A stretch of DNA of 64,000 bases. Source: Octopus sinensis. Its lineage: Eukaryota. A program made the position numbers and the translations under genes. Positions 37,759 through 51,944 of the stretch are shown piece by piece (position 1 is the stretch's first letter; each line of letters begins with the position of its first letter). Under the pieces are notes generated by a model that saw nothing but the letters and a program-made list of their open reading frames with translations, made no database searches and was not told where the DNA came from. The stretch is from assembly GCF_006345805.1 (NCBI RefSeq), contig NC_043006.1, positions 57,598,001-57,662,000 of the forward strand. The letters run 5' to 3'.

Positions 37759-38264
37759 GGAGACGGACAGACGGGCAGACAGACAGACAGATAGATAGAT
37801 AAACAGATCGTCTAAATACCATCATCACCAGCGTTATCAACAGGACGTCGATGATGACGACCACAGCCACCACCGCTTTCTCCGCGATCATCACTACTAA
37901 CACCTTTTCTCCCACCAACAGCGTCACCCCCACCAACATATCATATTCCACCTGTCACTCCTCTGACCTACATAAATAGCATATTTCTCGTATTTCAAAC
38001 TGGACAGCTATCGCCCAACATACACACCACTATCACCACCACCACCACCACCAGCACCATAATCACACCACTTGAAGCACTACCACATACCTTACGTCTA
38101 CCATCACCGCGACCACCGCTAACGAACTTTCTCCCGATATCTATCATCTCTTTACTTCGTCCTTATTTCTCCTTATCTACCTGTATTTTTTTTCTCTTTA
38201 CTTACAATGCATCTTTTTAGTTGTTTTGTGTTGCTGTTGTTGATGCTGCTGCTACTGAAATTCT

Positions 38265-38465
38265 TCTTTCTTCTTCTTCTTCTGTCCCTTCTTCTTCTTC
38301 TTCTTCTTCTTCTCTCTTCTTCTTCCCTTCTCCCTTCTCTTCTTCTTCTTCTCTCTCCTTCTTCTTCTCTGCTTCTCTCTCTTCTTCTTATTTCTTTTCT
38401 CTTCTTCTTCTTCTTCTTCTTCTTCTTCTTCTTCTTCTTCTTCTTCTTCTTCTTCGTCGTCGTCG
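38265..38465. repeat. (CTT)n pyrimidine-rich tract
   Basis: Seen directly. Confidence 0.95.
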
Positions 38466-38522
38466 TATCCTACAGAGAGGCGCCATCAAGGAAAATTGAT
38501 AACGTCTATACATACAGACAAC

Positions 38523-38591
<69 letters not shown>

Positions 38592-39174
38592 TGTATATGT
38601 AAAAGTACAAAAAAATATACAAACTGGGACAAGAACGTGAAACATTTAGAAGACGACACAAAAAAAAAAACGGACGGAACATTCGAAGCCCTCAATTCAT
38701 CAGTAAAGAACCGGATCATCTTCGCAAATTCGGTGATTAATCTTGAGATGCCTCCGATCTGGGCAACCCCCAAGGGAATCTAAGCCAAGCGCATTAGATT
38801 CCTTGGAAGAAAGCCTCGAATGTATACAACACATGGGACGGAAAACGGACGATGTTACACGAATAAAAATACAAAAATACGTAAAAACAATAATGATAGC
38901 ACGAATAAGAATACAAAATACGTAAAAACAATAATGGTAAGGATAAAAACAAAACCAGGACGTCAGGACAAGCGTATTTTCGACAGGACGAATTAAGTTT
39001 TGAGCTGGCTATAGAAGAGTGCCTTAAGGCCACAGAGAACAAACAAATACGTGTGACCACAATGACTGCTGGATGCGAAAAGGCAGTAGTCGCTGGCTGG
39101 TCACGTGAGGAAAAAAGAGAGGAGAAAGGGACAGATGAAGAGAGAAAGAAGGGGAACAAATATATATATATGCA

Positions 39175-40088
39175 TAAGTGGGTACCCAAAAGAAACTGGA
39201 ATATTGCAATATTATTTTATTCAATTCGTTTTACATGTTTACACTTTTATCGTTTTTCAAAGTATTCTCCATTTGAAGCAATGCATCGGTCCAGGTGCGT
39301 TTTCCACTGTTCGAAGCAATCCTAGAACTCTTGCGAAGTGATGCATTTTAACTCTTCCGTCGTTTTTCTTCTTCACCTCTTCTGCATCCGCAAAACGTTT
39401 TCCTTTAAGGACTTTTTCATTTGGGGGAATAAAAAAAAGTCGCAGGGAGCAAGACTGGGCGAACGGGGTAGGGGGAGGTAAAGCGGGTTCATGACGATTT
39501 TGGTCAAAAACTGTCTCACACTTCTGTGAACAAGTGAGGCACAAATTTTGCTGCAACTCTTTTCATTCGCAATTCCTCGTTCAAATTTCGTTGGCAAGCG
39601 CTCCAAGACACACCAATCATATCAACAAGTTCATCAATTGTTCGGCGACGATCCACCAAGATCAAAGTCCTTGTTTCCCTTCCCTGGGGAGGTCGACGAT
39701 CCTCCTGAACGAGGTTTGTCTTTAAGTGACAAGTGACCATTCCTAAAGCATGAAAACAACTCCTAAACTTGTGTTTTGCTCATGGCAGCGTCCTTGTAAG
39801 CCGTTTGAAGCATGACAACTGTTTTGGCCGCCGTTTGCCCCCAGCAGAAAACAGAATCTCACGGAAGTATGTTGTTCCTTCGTTTCAGCTATCGCAAAAA
39901 TCGACGAACAGGAGAGAGGCAGTGCAGAGCAAAGACGCACCACATGGTAGTACAACACCAGCGAACGACACCGGTCGGCAGACTGATGCCTGAGGGTTGC
40001 ATTAAGTGGCTTCTAGCGGCGGAATGTGAACTACAACGAGCTTTTCTAACAGAGAACGTTTCCGGTTACATTTGGGTAACCCATCGTA
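39175..40088 (-). mobile_element. Mariner internal-deletion derivative
   Basis: Imperfect TIRs GGGTACCCAAAAGAAACTGGAA / TTCCGGTTACATTTGGGTAACCC. Transposase remnants EQHTSVRFCFLLG, DRRRTIDEL...MKRVAAKFVPHL and SLAPCDFFLFPQMKK. Confidence 0.9.
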
Positions 40089-40104
40089 TATATTTATATA
40101 TATT

Positions 40105-40332
40105 ACTCTTTTCTCTCTCTCTTTTACCTGTTTCAGTCATTTGACTGTGGCCATGCTAGAGCACCGCCTTTAGTCGAGCAAATCGACCCCGGGACTTATT
40201 CTTTGTAAGCCCAGTACTTATTCTATCGGTCTCTTTTTGCCGAACCGCTAAGTGACGGGAATGAAAACACACCAGCATCGGTTGTCAAGTAATGCTAGGG
40301 GGACAAACACAGACACACAAACATAAACACGC

Positions 40333-40400
<68 letters not shown>

Positions 40401-40563
40401 TACGACAGACTTCTTTCAGTTTCCGGCTACCAAATCCACTCACAAGGCATTGGTCGGCCCGGGGCTATAGCAGAAGACACTTGCCCAAGATGCCACGCAG
40501 TGGGACTGAACCCGGGACCATGTGATTGTTAGCAAGCTACTTACCACACAGCCACTCCTGCGC
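40105..40563 (-). mobile_element. Family A SINE
   Basis: Near-identical to the 64-489 copy. Confidence 0.9.
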
Positions 40564-40573
40564 CTATATATAT

Positions 40574-40620
<47 letters not shown>

Positions 40621-41904
40621 ATTATTATTATTATTATTATTATCATTATTATTATTATTATTATATGTAGAGAAATACAACTGGGACAAGAACGTAAAAC
40701 ATTAAGACGATACAAAAAACACGGACGGGACATTCGAAGCCTTCAATCTTCAGTCAAGAACCGGATCATCCTCGCAATTTCGGCTGATTAATCTTGAGAT
40801 CGCTCCGATCCGGCCAGCCTCAAGGAAAAACTAAGTTATGAGCATTAGATTTCTTGGAAAAAGGATCGAATGTATACGAAACAAGGACAGAAAAACGGAC
40901 GACGCCACACGAATATAAATACAAAAAACAATAATAGTAATAACAGGATAAAAACAGCGGGTGTCTTACGACTATAGACAGTACAACTTAGTTTAGCTGG
41001 CGTATTTGGAAAAAAAGTGCCTTTTTCGGCAGACGAAGAAAACGATGTTCTCGTGGCGCTGGTCAGAAGCGGTCACGTGAGAGGAGAAGAGAGAGAAAAA
41101 AAGGGGGCAAAGGAATCAAAGAGAGAGAGAGAAAAAGAGGGACAAAGGCACCAAAGGGGGGGAGAAGAGAGAGAAAGAAGGAATTAAAGAGGGGAGAAGA
41201 AAGAGAGCGTGCCAAGGATTGGCTTGGCGACAGAATCAGTGAGGTGCAAAGTGAGAAAGACAGAAAAATGTCAGAGAGTGGGGGAAGAGGAGACCAAAGA
41301 ATCAGAGGCAAGAAAAGAGAAAAGGGGGAGGAGCAGTAGAGAGAGAGAGAGAGAGAGAAAGAAAGAGACAGATCAAAGTAGAGTGCAAAGTGTGAAAGAC
41401 AGAGAAATGTAAGAGAGAGAGACAGTGTTATAGAGTCGTACCAAATTTAAAGGAATGTGTACTTACATACAAGGCCAAAAAGTGTACGGGCGCCGCTATA
41501 TATATTATTATTTGTAGAAAAATACAAACTGGGACAAGAACGTAAAACATTTAGAAGACGATACAAAAAACACGGACGGGACATTCGAAGCCTTCAATCT
41601 TCAGTCAAGAACCGGATCATCCTCGCAATTTCGGCTGATTAATCTTGAGATCGCTCCGAACCGGCCAGCCCCAAGGAAAAACTAAGTTACGAGCATTAGA
41701 TTTCTTGGAAAAAGGATCGAATGTATACGAAACAAGGACAGAAAAACGGACGATGCCACACGAATATAATACAAAAAACAATAATAATAATAACAGGACA
41801 AAAACAGCGAGTGTCTTACGACTATAGACAGTACAACTTAGTTTTGCTGGCATATTTGGGAAAAAAATGCCTTTTTCGGCAGACGAAGAAAACGATATAT
41901 ATAT

Positions 41905-42153
41905 AATATTTGTTATAATTATGAATATAATTATAATTAGGGTTTGGCAAAAAAATTTGCTTAACCACATACCGTTTGGCAAAAAAATTTGCTTAACCAC
42001 ATACCGTTTGGCAAAAAAATCTGCTTAACCACATACCGTTTGGCAAAAAAAATTTGCTTAATCAGATACCGAGCTTCTAAAGTTCGGTATCTGGTTAAGC
42101 AAATTTTTTTGCCAAACCCTAATTATGATTATATTTATAATTATAAAAAATAT
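41905..42153. mobile_element. Foldback-like palindromic element with a 32-bp x4 tandem array in the left arm
   Basis: TTTGGCAAAAAAATTTGCTTAACCACATACCG starts at 41943, 41975, 42007 and 42039, with a single inverted copy at 42085-42117. The outer AT-rich ~40 bp are also inverted. Confidence 0.85.
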
Positions 42154-42623
42154 TGTTTACGTTTACCGTAAATGGTCCTTTTAACATGCCGAATACTACT
42201 TGGTGGAATTATTAATTATTAATTAATTAATTTTATCCTTTATTATTATTGATATATATATACGCGCACACGCTGACCTCCCCGCACGCACTACACCCAC
42301 ACACACTACACCCACACACATTCCCCCTCTCACTTTTTTTACCATACAGTCTTTGATATAGCTCTCCTGTCTTTTAAAAAACATTATTCTTCTACTTTTA
42401 CCACTTCCGTCTTTTAGTATGTGACCTCGTCTGTATCACTAGGGATTTTTTTCCCTGTCTTCCCTTCTCGGGATCTTTCCTTCTCCTATGTTTCCGACGA
42501 AGAGCTCCGCTCGGAACGTCAAATCCTTCTTCTTCCCTTCTTTCCTGAGCGTCCAATAATACTTTATTTGTTCCACGTCCTTGCGTTGTTGTTTTTTTTG
42601 TTTTTGTTTTCTTGTTTGGATTA

Positions 42624-42692
<69 letters not shown>

Positions 42693-42877
42693 TCGCTGTC
42701 GTTGATCGCTAAATCTACAAGTTTTTTTATTCTCTCTGTTTATTTTCTCTCCTTTCTGTTGCAGATCGTAGGCTCGACTAATTCACCTGCTTGTTGTTCA
42801 TATACCTGTCTTCGTCTATTGTTTTTCTGTAAATTTCAACTGTATATGTATATGAGTAAAGGATTTCGAGCCAACTT

Positions 42878-45000
42878 CTATTGCTGCGTCTAAAATGCGG
42901 AGTTAGCAAATGGAATTACAGCTGAGGAGTAATAGGTGTAATAATTCTGTAAAATTGGAAGAGAAAATCTTCAGAGTACTTATTCAGGAATTATTCCTGA
43001 ATCTCAAATTGCTGGTATTTTGATTTTTGAGTACGCATATATCTTCATTTTTCCGTTTACTGTTCAGCAACTTTTGTCTGAGCGATACAATATATCACTG
43101 AAAGAAATTTATACTTCTGCCTTAAATATTTCTTCTTACATAGTTCCTACCAGTGTCCATGTTGATGTAGAAGTTACCTCTAGGAGTTAATATCTTGCTA
43201 GTCTTGATGTCCGAGTTACAGACTTGTTCTAGTATCGTAAAAATTATGGGATATAGTTTTACTGAATGCAGACCCCATTATCGCCGTAACGTTACTCACA
43301 GCATCAACGTATGCCACCTTCTTATCAATTCCGAGATACTTGTAGCATTCGTGCATTTGTCATTGGAGACAGTGGAGATAGACAGTACATTGATTGCCAT
43401 AATCATCATATGGTCAGTAATCATTTCTGGATTGTTTACAAAATATGAAAATTTTTTAAGACTATTCCTAACTCCTGTGAAAATACTGGTTTCAAATTTT
43501 GGCACAAGGCCAGCAGTTTCGGGGGGAGGAGGTAAGTCGTTTACATCAATCCCAGTGTACGACCTGTTTTATCGACCCCGGAAGGATGAAAGACAAACGA
43601 CCTCGGCGGCATTTGAACTCAGAACTTAAAGACAGACGGAATGTCGTTAAGCATTTAGTCCGGCGTGCTAACGATTTTGCCAGCTTGCTGCCTTATCTTA
43701 AGTTTATGTGGAAGCATTATGACCAGTTCTAGCTGGTCTCTTGGTGTCATGACTATTACACAAATAAAAGTTTAGAGTATCGACGAAAAGGTGTAGGTGA
43801 AATAATTTTCTTCTCCTCCATAGATCTTAATGTGCAACCGTGATGCTTTCTCATTTCTTATTTCATCAAAAGGGCTGACAAAGGATTCACTGCTAGGACG
43901 GACAACATTACAAATGAAGTTTTACTCTGCAACATTCCAGTCGATAAAATATTTTCTGTTTGTAAACATAGTAACCGATTCAGTTTTTAGCTCTGTGGGC
44001 CTAGTTGTATTCAGTCTTTTAATGGTATAACTCAAGCAAATGGATCCTTGGTAAGGCATAATGGACTCGAGTATTTCATGAGTGAAAAATAGAATCAAAT
44101 ATCTTCTTATAGTCTAGCGGTACAGTTGGTGAAAATTGGTCATGCTACTTCGTTTTCTGAAGAACAACTCTTTAATAAGCAGCTGCTCGGCACAGCTCAA
44201 AATTTCTTTCTTTCCTCCTACCTGCTTACCATTTAACACATCGTTTACTTTGTAGTCATCTTGGAGAAAAAAAACGTTCAAGAAATCTGGGTACATTTAT
44301 GCATGCTAAATGTACTCGGAGACACATATATCAAGAGACACATGTTGCCAAAAACTGTGAGCCTGCAGTTTTGGCCCTCATGTGTCTCTTGGTTCTTAGG
44401 TACGAGTGTTGTCCGTGCAACAATCAATCAGTTTAGCACACCGGGTTCAAGATTCATTATTCTAAAACGTGAACTTCCTATACCAATAACCGACTGTTGG
44501 GCATGTCCATTGTAGTTTACTTCTGGTTGTTTGCTATTATCAGGCGAATTTCAGTTATGATGTCATATATACTAGAAGTTAATATCGCTAAACTGTAATT
44601 TCTTACGGAAACAAAGCTTTTGATTGTTCGTGTTTAATGGCAATTAGCATACTTGTGAGAGTCTCTTACCAGTTGTTCCCATAGGTTTTTGTAGTGTCTT
44701 TCATATAGTTGTGGCTGGTGATTTGACAATTCATTATTCATTTTGTATCTAATGGTAGTATCCACCAGACCAATGTTTGATGTCTGCAACGATGTTTTTA
44801 GGAGAGGGAAAGTCTGTTTAAGTTGTGTTCTCAAACAATCTCTGAGACTCTCATCGACTACAAATTATAACGAGGTAACAGATTTCTCTACAGACTCTTT
44901 TCATAATCGTTCTTTCATTGGATAGGCTTGAGGTAAACAGTGAAGCATACTTTAAAAGTAGAGGGATATCCTCTTCCTGCGTACTGGTCCAATTTCCATT
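42878..45000 (-). mobile_element. Long degenerate R4/Dong-clade LINE (RT region), interrupted by a family B SINE at ~43490-43697
   Basis: Broken frames give CAEQLLIKELF...DYKKIFDSI, AVNPLSALL, CYKYLGID and DIKTSKILTPRGNFYINMDTGRNYVRR. Confidence 0.7.
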
Positions 45001-45994
45001 GATGGAGGGTGGGTGGGGGATATACAAGCACCCCCCCCACACACACATTCCAGCCACTCACACTTAAACACTTATATGACTCCGCTTATAACATACATAT
45101 ATACATACATAACACATGTTTAAGCGTGCAGCTATATGTTTGAGTATGTATACATATATAAAACAAAAGATAAAAGATCTGCAGATGCAATAACTCCAAA
45201 TACTTGCACATATACACATAAACATGCACGATCATCCCATTTATGTTGTTGATATTCCAATGAAGGAGCCTTGGATCGACATGAGAATCCAGCTCTCTCC
45301 ATCGGCAAGAAATCTAGAAACAGAAGTAAATGCTAACACACATACATATAGATCATGGGCTAGTGATGGGGGGCGGGTCATGTCCCCCCTACTTTGTGAT
45401 TTACTTTAATGGGTATTTTCATGTAGATTTAGTTGTAACGAGTCAGAAAATTGATGTTGCCAGCAATAAAAAAAAAAAACTGGGATGGAAGATACCCCAC
45501 CATGGACTTTTTGACCACACCCATTTTTATAGCTGGAGGTAAAAAATTAGGGGTATGGAAAATTCAAACAGCCCTAACTTTGCAACTCTTCGCAAAAGTT
45601 TTCAAATGACCATATAAAATGACTGCAAGATCTCCAAGTTAATGCAAATGATAAGCAAATTTATTTTGTAAAAAAGGGCGTCAGAAGTCAAAAGGTCACG
45701 AACTTTGACTTTTACCTATGATATCTCGTATTCACAGTTTTTTTTATTTTTCCCCAGGACTATATAACGTTCTTTTGTTTATTGAAATTTAATCAAAACG
45801 AAGGTTTACATGTGATTTTTAAGATCAGAAATAAAAAAACAAATTGAAAAGTAGTGTTTACCCGTGGAATGTGAGATATTTCTGCATTTTTACATACTGT
45901 TTTGTATGTATTACTGAATGTGTCGAATAGAAATAAGGCAAAATCTAGCAAGTGGTACTTTGAAATCTTTCCTTCAATCAATGCAAATGATTGT

Positions 45995-46854
45995 TCTTAA
46001 AAAGTATTCATATTTTGTAAACAATCAAGGAATGATTACTGATCGTATGAGGAATATGGCTGTCAATGCCGTCTATCTTCACTGTCTCCATTGACAAATA
46101 CACAAATGCTACAAGTATCTCGGAATCGATAAGAATGTGGCATACGTTGGTGTTGTGAGTAACGTTCCGGCGATAAAGGGGTCTGCATTCAGTAAAACTA
46201 TATCCCGTAATTTTTGCGGGGCTAATGATAGAACTAACATTTACGATACTAGACTACACGCTTGAACATGTCTGTAACTCGGACATCAAGACTAGAAAGA
46301 TATTAACTCCTAGAGTTAACTTCTACATCAACATGGACACTGGTAGGAACTATGTAAGAAGGAATATTTAAAGCAGAAGTATAAATTTCTTTGAGTGCTA
46401 CATTGCATCACTCAGACAAAAGTTGTTGAATACTAAACGAATAAATGAAGATATCATATGCGTAATCAACAATCAAAATACCAGCAATTTGAGATTCAGG
46501 AAGAACTCCTGAATAGGTACTTTGAAGACTTTCTCTTCCAATTTTACAGAATATTACACCTATTACTCCTCAGCCAAGATAGCCAAGGCGGCGAACTGGC
46601 AGAAACGTTAGCACGCCGGGCGAAATGATTAGCGGTGTTTCGTCTGCCGTTACGTTCTGAGTTTAAATTCCGCTGAGGTCGACTTTGCCTTTCATCCTTT
46701 CGGACTAGGATCGATGTTATCGACCCAATCTCTTTGTTTGTCCCCACTATTTTTAGCCCCTTGTGGGCAATAAAGAAATAAGATAGCTCTGTAATAATTG
46801 CTCCTGCAGGCTGTAATTTCATTTGCTAACTCCGCATTTTAAAAGCAGCAATAG
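45995..46854 (+). mobile_element. Inverted copy of the 42878-43461 LINE segment, with a family B SINE inserted
   Basis: Reverse-complement similarity along its length, sharing the outer end GCTAACTCCGCATTTTA...GCAGCAATAG. SINE at ~46585-46781. Confidence 0.85.
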
Positions 46855-48482
46855 TAAACACAGCTTCTGAGCACAAATCTTCCCCAATCATTTCAGCCTC
46901 CTAAGTTGACTGGAGGTGGACAGGGTTTCTTGTAGTACCCTCAGTGTGTCCTTGAAATAGAACATATCGTCACCACATTTTTCAAATATTTATCTCTTTA
47001 CAGAGATTTATCCCAACCTTTGGACACACGTGACAATGACTCATGGTAAAGAAAGACAGCTTCTCTGACCGTGCTCACCACCAACAAATCATTATTACTT
47101 CCAACATTTCAAAGGCGATAAAAAAAAAGGTAAGTAATATATAACCACGCCATTTATCATCTTTTTATTTTGATTTTACATTAATGACCTACTTGTTAAT
47201 GCTATCGCCCTTCATTTCTTCTTAGCTTTCCATGCACCGACGGCACCCAGCCGTAACCTAAATACCAAACATATCTACAGCATCTACAGACAGAAATCTC
47301 GAACATTACTATTAACAATACAAAGGCGCAATATCGATAAATACCTAAGCTGCCTTGCATCACACACCTTAACTAAAACTCCCAACATAGCCAGAATGTT
47401 ATGCCTCCAAAACTGATGATCTCATGCAGTGATCTCACATATATAAAATTAATAAAACCGCATTCCAAAGAACTGAGCTTCTTCTTTGTAAACAGAAAAT
47501 ACTTTAATATTGGTCAGGTTTAATTAAGACTGCGAGCTGGCAGAATCGTTAGTAGGTCGGAAAAAAAATGCTTAGCGGCATTTCGTCTCTCTTTACGTTC
47601 TGAATTCAATTTCTGGGCAGCTGATTTCCAAAACAATACACAGTTGTATGTATGTACGTATGTATGTATGTATGTATGTATGTATGTATGGATGGATGGA
47701 TGGATGGATGGATGGATGGATGGATGGATGTACCTATGTAGAAAAATTTATTAAACAGCAGTAACAAACACGAACGCGTTAACCAAGTAGTCAAGGGTGA
47801 AGAAAATAACATGTTGTTTGGAATGGACTCTCGGGCTACACCAGAACTTGTTTCTCGTTTTTATATCGTTTCTCAGTCAAGCAATTTTCCTGAACGGGAG
47901 AAAACCTCAGCGAGGTCTCCCCAACCTATTATCAATAAAAGCCAAACTCCTGGAGAAGTCAATTCCGAAACTGAAGCAAAAAACTTTTAGGTTCATCAGT
48001 TCTGAAATATAAAACTTATCTTTTTTGAAACATTGGATCTCGAAGAAGATAAGCTATAAATAATAGCGTGTAAATATTGGGTTTAAAAACATTTTTTATA
48101 GAAAAAAGGTCGAAGGCTGCTCGTGGCACAGAAACACAATTACCTGTAGACATGACAGACGGTCTACCACTGGATCAAAGTATTCCTTTGGATTTCTCCG
48201 TTCATTCTAGAAATTTTTTTAACAGTGAGAATTGTGTTGCTGACGTCATAAGAATTTAGAAATTTCGAGAAAACGTGAAATAATTCTGTTTTGGAACATT
48301 GACTCCCGAAGCAAATAAGCTATTAGTAATAGCTATTAATAATTTTGTTGATATTTTATCCCAATAAAGGCGGCGAGCTGGCTGAATCGTTAGCACTCCG
48401 GGAAAAATTCTTAGAGGTATTTTGTCCGTTTTTATTTTCTGAGTTCAAATTCTGCCTAGGTTGACACACACACACACACACA

Positions 48483-48593
<111 letters not shown>

Positions 48594-49431
48594 TACGACG
48601 GGCTTTCAGTTTCCGTCTACCAAATCCACTCACAAGGCTTTGGTCAACTCGAGGCTATAGTAAAAGACACTTGCCCAAGGTGCTACGCAGTGGGACCGAA
48701 CCCGGAACCATGTGGTTGGTAAGCAAGCTACTTACTACGTTCTCTCGAAAATTTATAAAGTCTTATGACGCCATCTATATAAAACGTTTATATTTCATCA
48801 CTGCTCGTAAAGTTTCAAAAGAAATGATCGAACAATTCATATTGAATAAAGTCGGTCAATACTGATTTGGTGTTAAGAAGTTTTCAATGCCGTCCCCTTT
48901 CACTCAATCTTTAACTAACACCCTCCAGATGAAATCCTGTCACACGAGAACGAACGAGTGACCTACATAATAAAATACATTAAGTTAGTGATTTTAGACA
49001 CCAAATATCTTTCAATGTATTAACTGTTAATATGCTAAAATCCATTATATACTACAATATTCTCTTGTTTGCTCTCTGCGTTGATTTTCGTTTATTATTT
49101 TCTTTCATTTTTGTATTTCAATGAAACCGGAATTTGTTGGAATGCGTTGGAAAGTCTCTATTTTCTACACGCATATTCCTTCCTCCCTCTCATTCATTCA
49201 TTCATTCATTCTATCATTCGTCCATTCACTCATTCATTCATACATTTGTCGTTTATTTTGTGCAAGTGTGCGCGCACGTGTGTGACTTAATAAACCGCAT
49301 AGGGCGAGGAATGTCTATCGTTACGTTAAGGTGTGGTAAGGACATCTATATAAAACTTCTTTTGAAAGGATATACCAAAGGATATATAGTATGTGATCAT
49401 GGTAAGGTGTAGTAATTTACGTTATATTATT

Positions 49432-49473
<42 letters not shown>

Positions 49474-49492
49474 TGTGTGTGTGTGTGGTGTG

Positions 49493-49531
<39 letters not shown>

Positions 49532-50085
49532 GTGTGTGTGTGAGTGGTGCGTGTGCATGGTGTATATGTGGTGTGTATGAGCATTTGTGTGGTAAGGTCG
49601 CTAGTGTTGGTAGTGTGATGGGGTGAGTGCTGATGGTAGAAAATAAATGTTCCTTTGAAATTTGGAGCCCTCATCATCATTATATGTACGGGTAAACTTG
49701 CCCGGAGGATCAGCTTATATTAGTCTTTCGATACATGAATATCTCATCTGTGCACACCACGACTACAGATTAGCAGTAATTCTCTGCTTTTCTGGCTGTT
49801 GACAGTTTGTTGACTGTTCATCCACTCAGCATCTAGTGATATTTGCCACTGATTCAGTAAGCTCATCTGCCGAAATAGTTCACATTCACCATGCAGCATC
49901 CTATGATCTCACGTAATCCTGGCTCGGATAGTTACTTGGTGCTAGGCCTTGCCAAAGGGTCACCGTGATTTGGTCCGGGGTTGCTTATTCCTATATTCAC
50001 AGCCTTGAATCTATTCGTAGATGGGGAGGGGATTGTCTACTAATTGCGTGCCTAATCAAAGTTTTTCAAACCGCTATAATACATA

Positions 50086-50330
50086 TCTATTATATAAAAT
50101 CCGTTCTGTCTGTCTGTCTGTGTCTTCTAGGGTCTCGGGCATCCTCCATCCTCCATCCGATTGCGCTCGAATTTGATAAGTAGATACCGACGGTATCAGG
50201 GCGTGTATAAGTCTTGAAAAAATTACAAAATTCGATTCCAGATGAGAATGCGATCGATAAAGCCGTGGGAACGTGCATTTGTACGCGCAAGTACATCAGC
50301 TGTTGCGATCGATACTACGCGTACGCGAGA
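50086..50330 (+). mobile_element. Possible non-autonomous Helitron/HINE 5' part
   Basis: Starts TCTATTATATAAAA followed by (GTCT)n. The 3' end was not located. Confidence 0.4.
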
Positions 50331-50942
50331 AAAATGCACGTGCAGTTTGCGCAAAAAGAACCGGTTGGCTTGAAATAATGTCACAAAATGGGACGGTTAG
50401 ACAAGTTGTTTTGAGAAAATTTGGTTTAAATGTTGGACAACTCAGCACCGTCCATAGGTTTTGCTCGTTTTATATATGTGAGATCCTACCTTATGAGCTA
50501 TCAAACTTAGATAACTTAGACAGGTTCTGGCTATGTCAAATTTGAAAGCTTCACCTGGAGTGGTATTTTAAGTTTTGTATTAGGGGCATCAAAGCACACT
50601 CAAGTAGGGACTTGTGTCTGCCAAAATGTATCTGGATGTCGGTGGTTTGTTTGTCTAGGTACCATTTGAATGTTATAGGGGTCTTTTTTTTTTGCTCAAT
50701 TACAAGATAACGTTAGATAAGGCTAGACCACCTGAGACAAAATAAAGTTGTGTTGCAATGTATGTTATGTAATGTGTGCTTGATGTTTTATAGTGGGAGC
50801 ATATGGCAAGGGGTGGAGGAACCAAGTCTTAGGTGATTTGTGAACTTGATATCCGCATCATTTAGAAAGTGTTGATGAAATTGATGGAGTATCAATTGAT
50901 GGAATATCGATTCTGTCAATGGCAGTATAAAATTAGCAAATC

Positions 50943-51170
50943 TATTTCCTTACTACCCACAAGGGGCTAAACACAGAGGGGACAAACAAGGACAGACAAA
51001 CGGATTAAGTCGATTATGTCGACCTCAGTGCGTAACTGGTACTTGTTTAATCGACCCCGAAAGGATGAAAGGCAAAGTCGACCTCGGCGGAATTTGAACT
51101 CAGAACGTAACGGCAGACGAAATACGGCTACGCATTTCGCCCGGTGTGCTAACGTTTCTGCCAGCTCGCC
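50943..51170 (-). mobile_element. Family B SINE with 18-bp TSD
   Basis: GTATAAAATTAGCAAATC at 50925-50942 and 51171-51188. Confidence 0.95.
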
Positions 51171-51567
51171 GTATAAAATTAGCAAATCGCTTAGAGATTG
51201 GTTCCCGTGTCTTCTAAAAATCGAGATAGAATCATATAACAACATTACAACACAACTTTTAACCTCAGCTGGTTTTGCACTGTTCAAAATGATTTCAAAT
51301 GAGATCAAAGAAAAGACCTGACAACATACATAGATATTACATATGTGAGATCCCTGCCTTATGATGTATATACATCGAGTGCATGCTACTCTGGTTATAT
51401 AGAAATCAACTGAACTTACCCCTTTATCGAAAACAAAAATCCTAGCTTTATGACAATTTTTGGCAAGAAACGCAAGGAAGAAAGTCTACAGTTTAAATCG
51501 ATTGAAAAGTTAAATGACGAGATACGGCAATATAGGCAAGTGACCTGAGAGAGAGAGAGAATGAGAA

Positions 51568-51616
<49 letters not shown>

Positions 51617-51944
51617 GAGAGAGAGAGAGAGAACGAGTGAGAGAAATAGTCGATTATATCGACCTCAGTATGTGACCGGCACTTCATTTTATCGATCTAG
51701 TTGATCGATAAAGTTGATCTAGGCAGAATTTCAACATTGCAGCTTCTGTAAAACCGTAGCACTGTGGATTTTGTCAATGAAAAATCTAGTGACTTTGGTG
51801 AACCCCAACGTTCAATAATATCTCCCAAACTCTTCCTTCAGTGTATTGACAAGCTACTTGGTGCTCCATCTAACAACGTACATTCCAATGCATTTCATAA
51901 CTTTCTTTCCTTTCCGTTCACCTTCCACATATAAACGTCATAAA

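Noticed and set aside
47000-47130. Strong acceptor/donor pair
   Set aside because: No coherent open frame, and the neighbouring sequence resembles Penelope RT remnants also seen near 50460-50900.
48077-48259. ORF with a PLDFS (CtBP-binding-like) motif
   Set aside because: It overlaps the antisense of a tRNA-like SINE head shared with 14152-14214.
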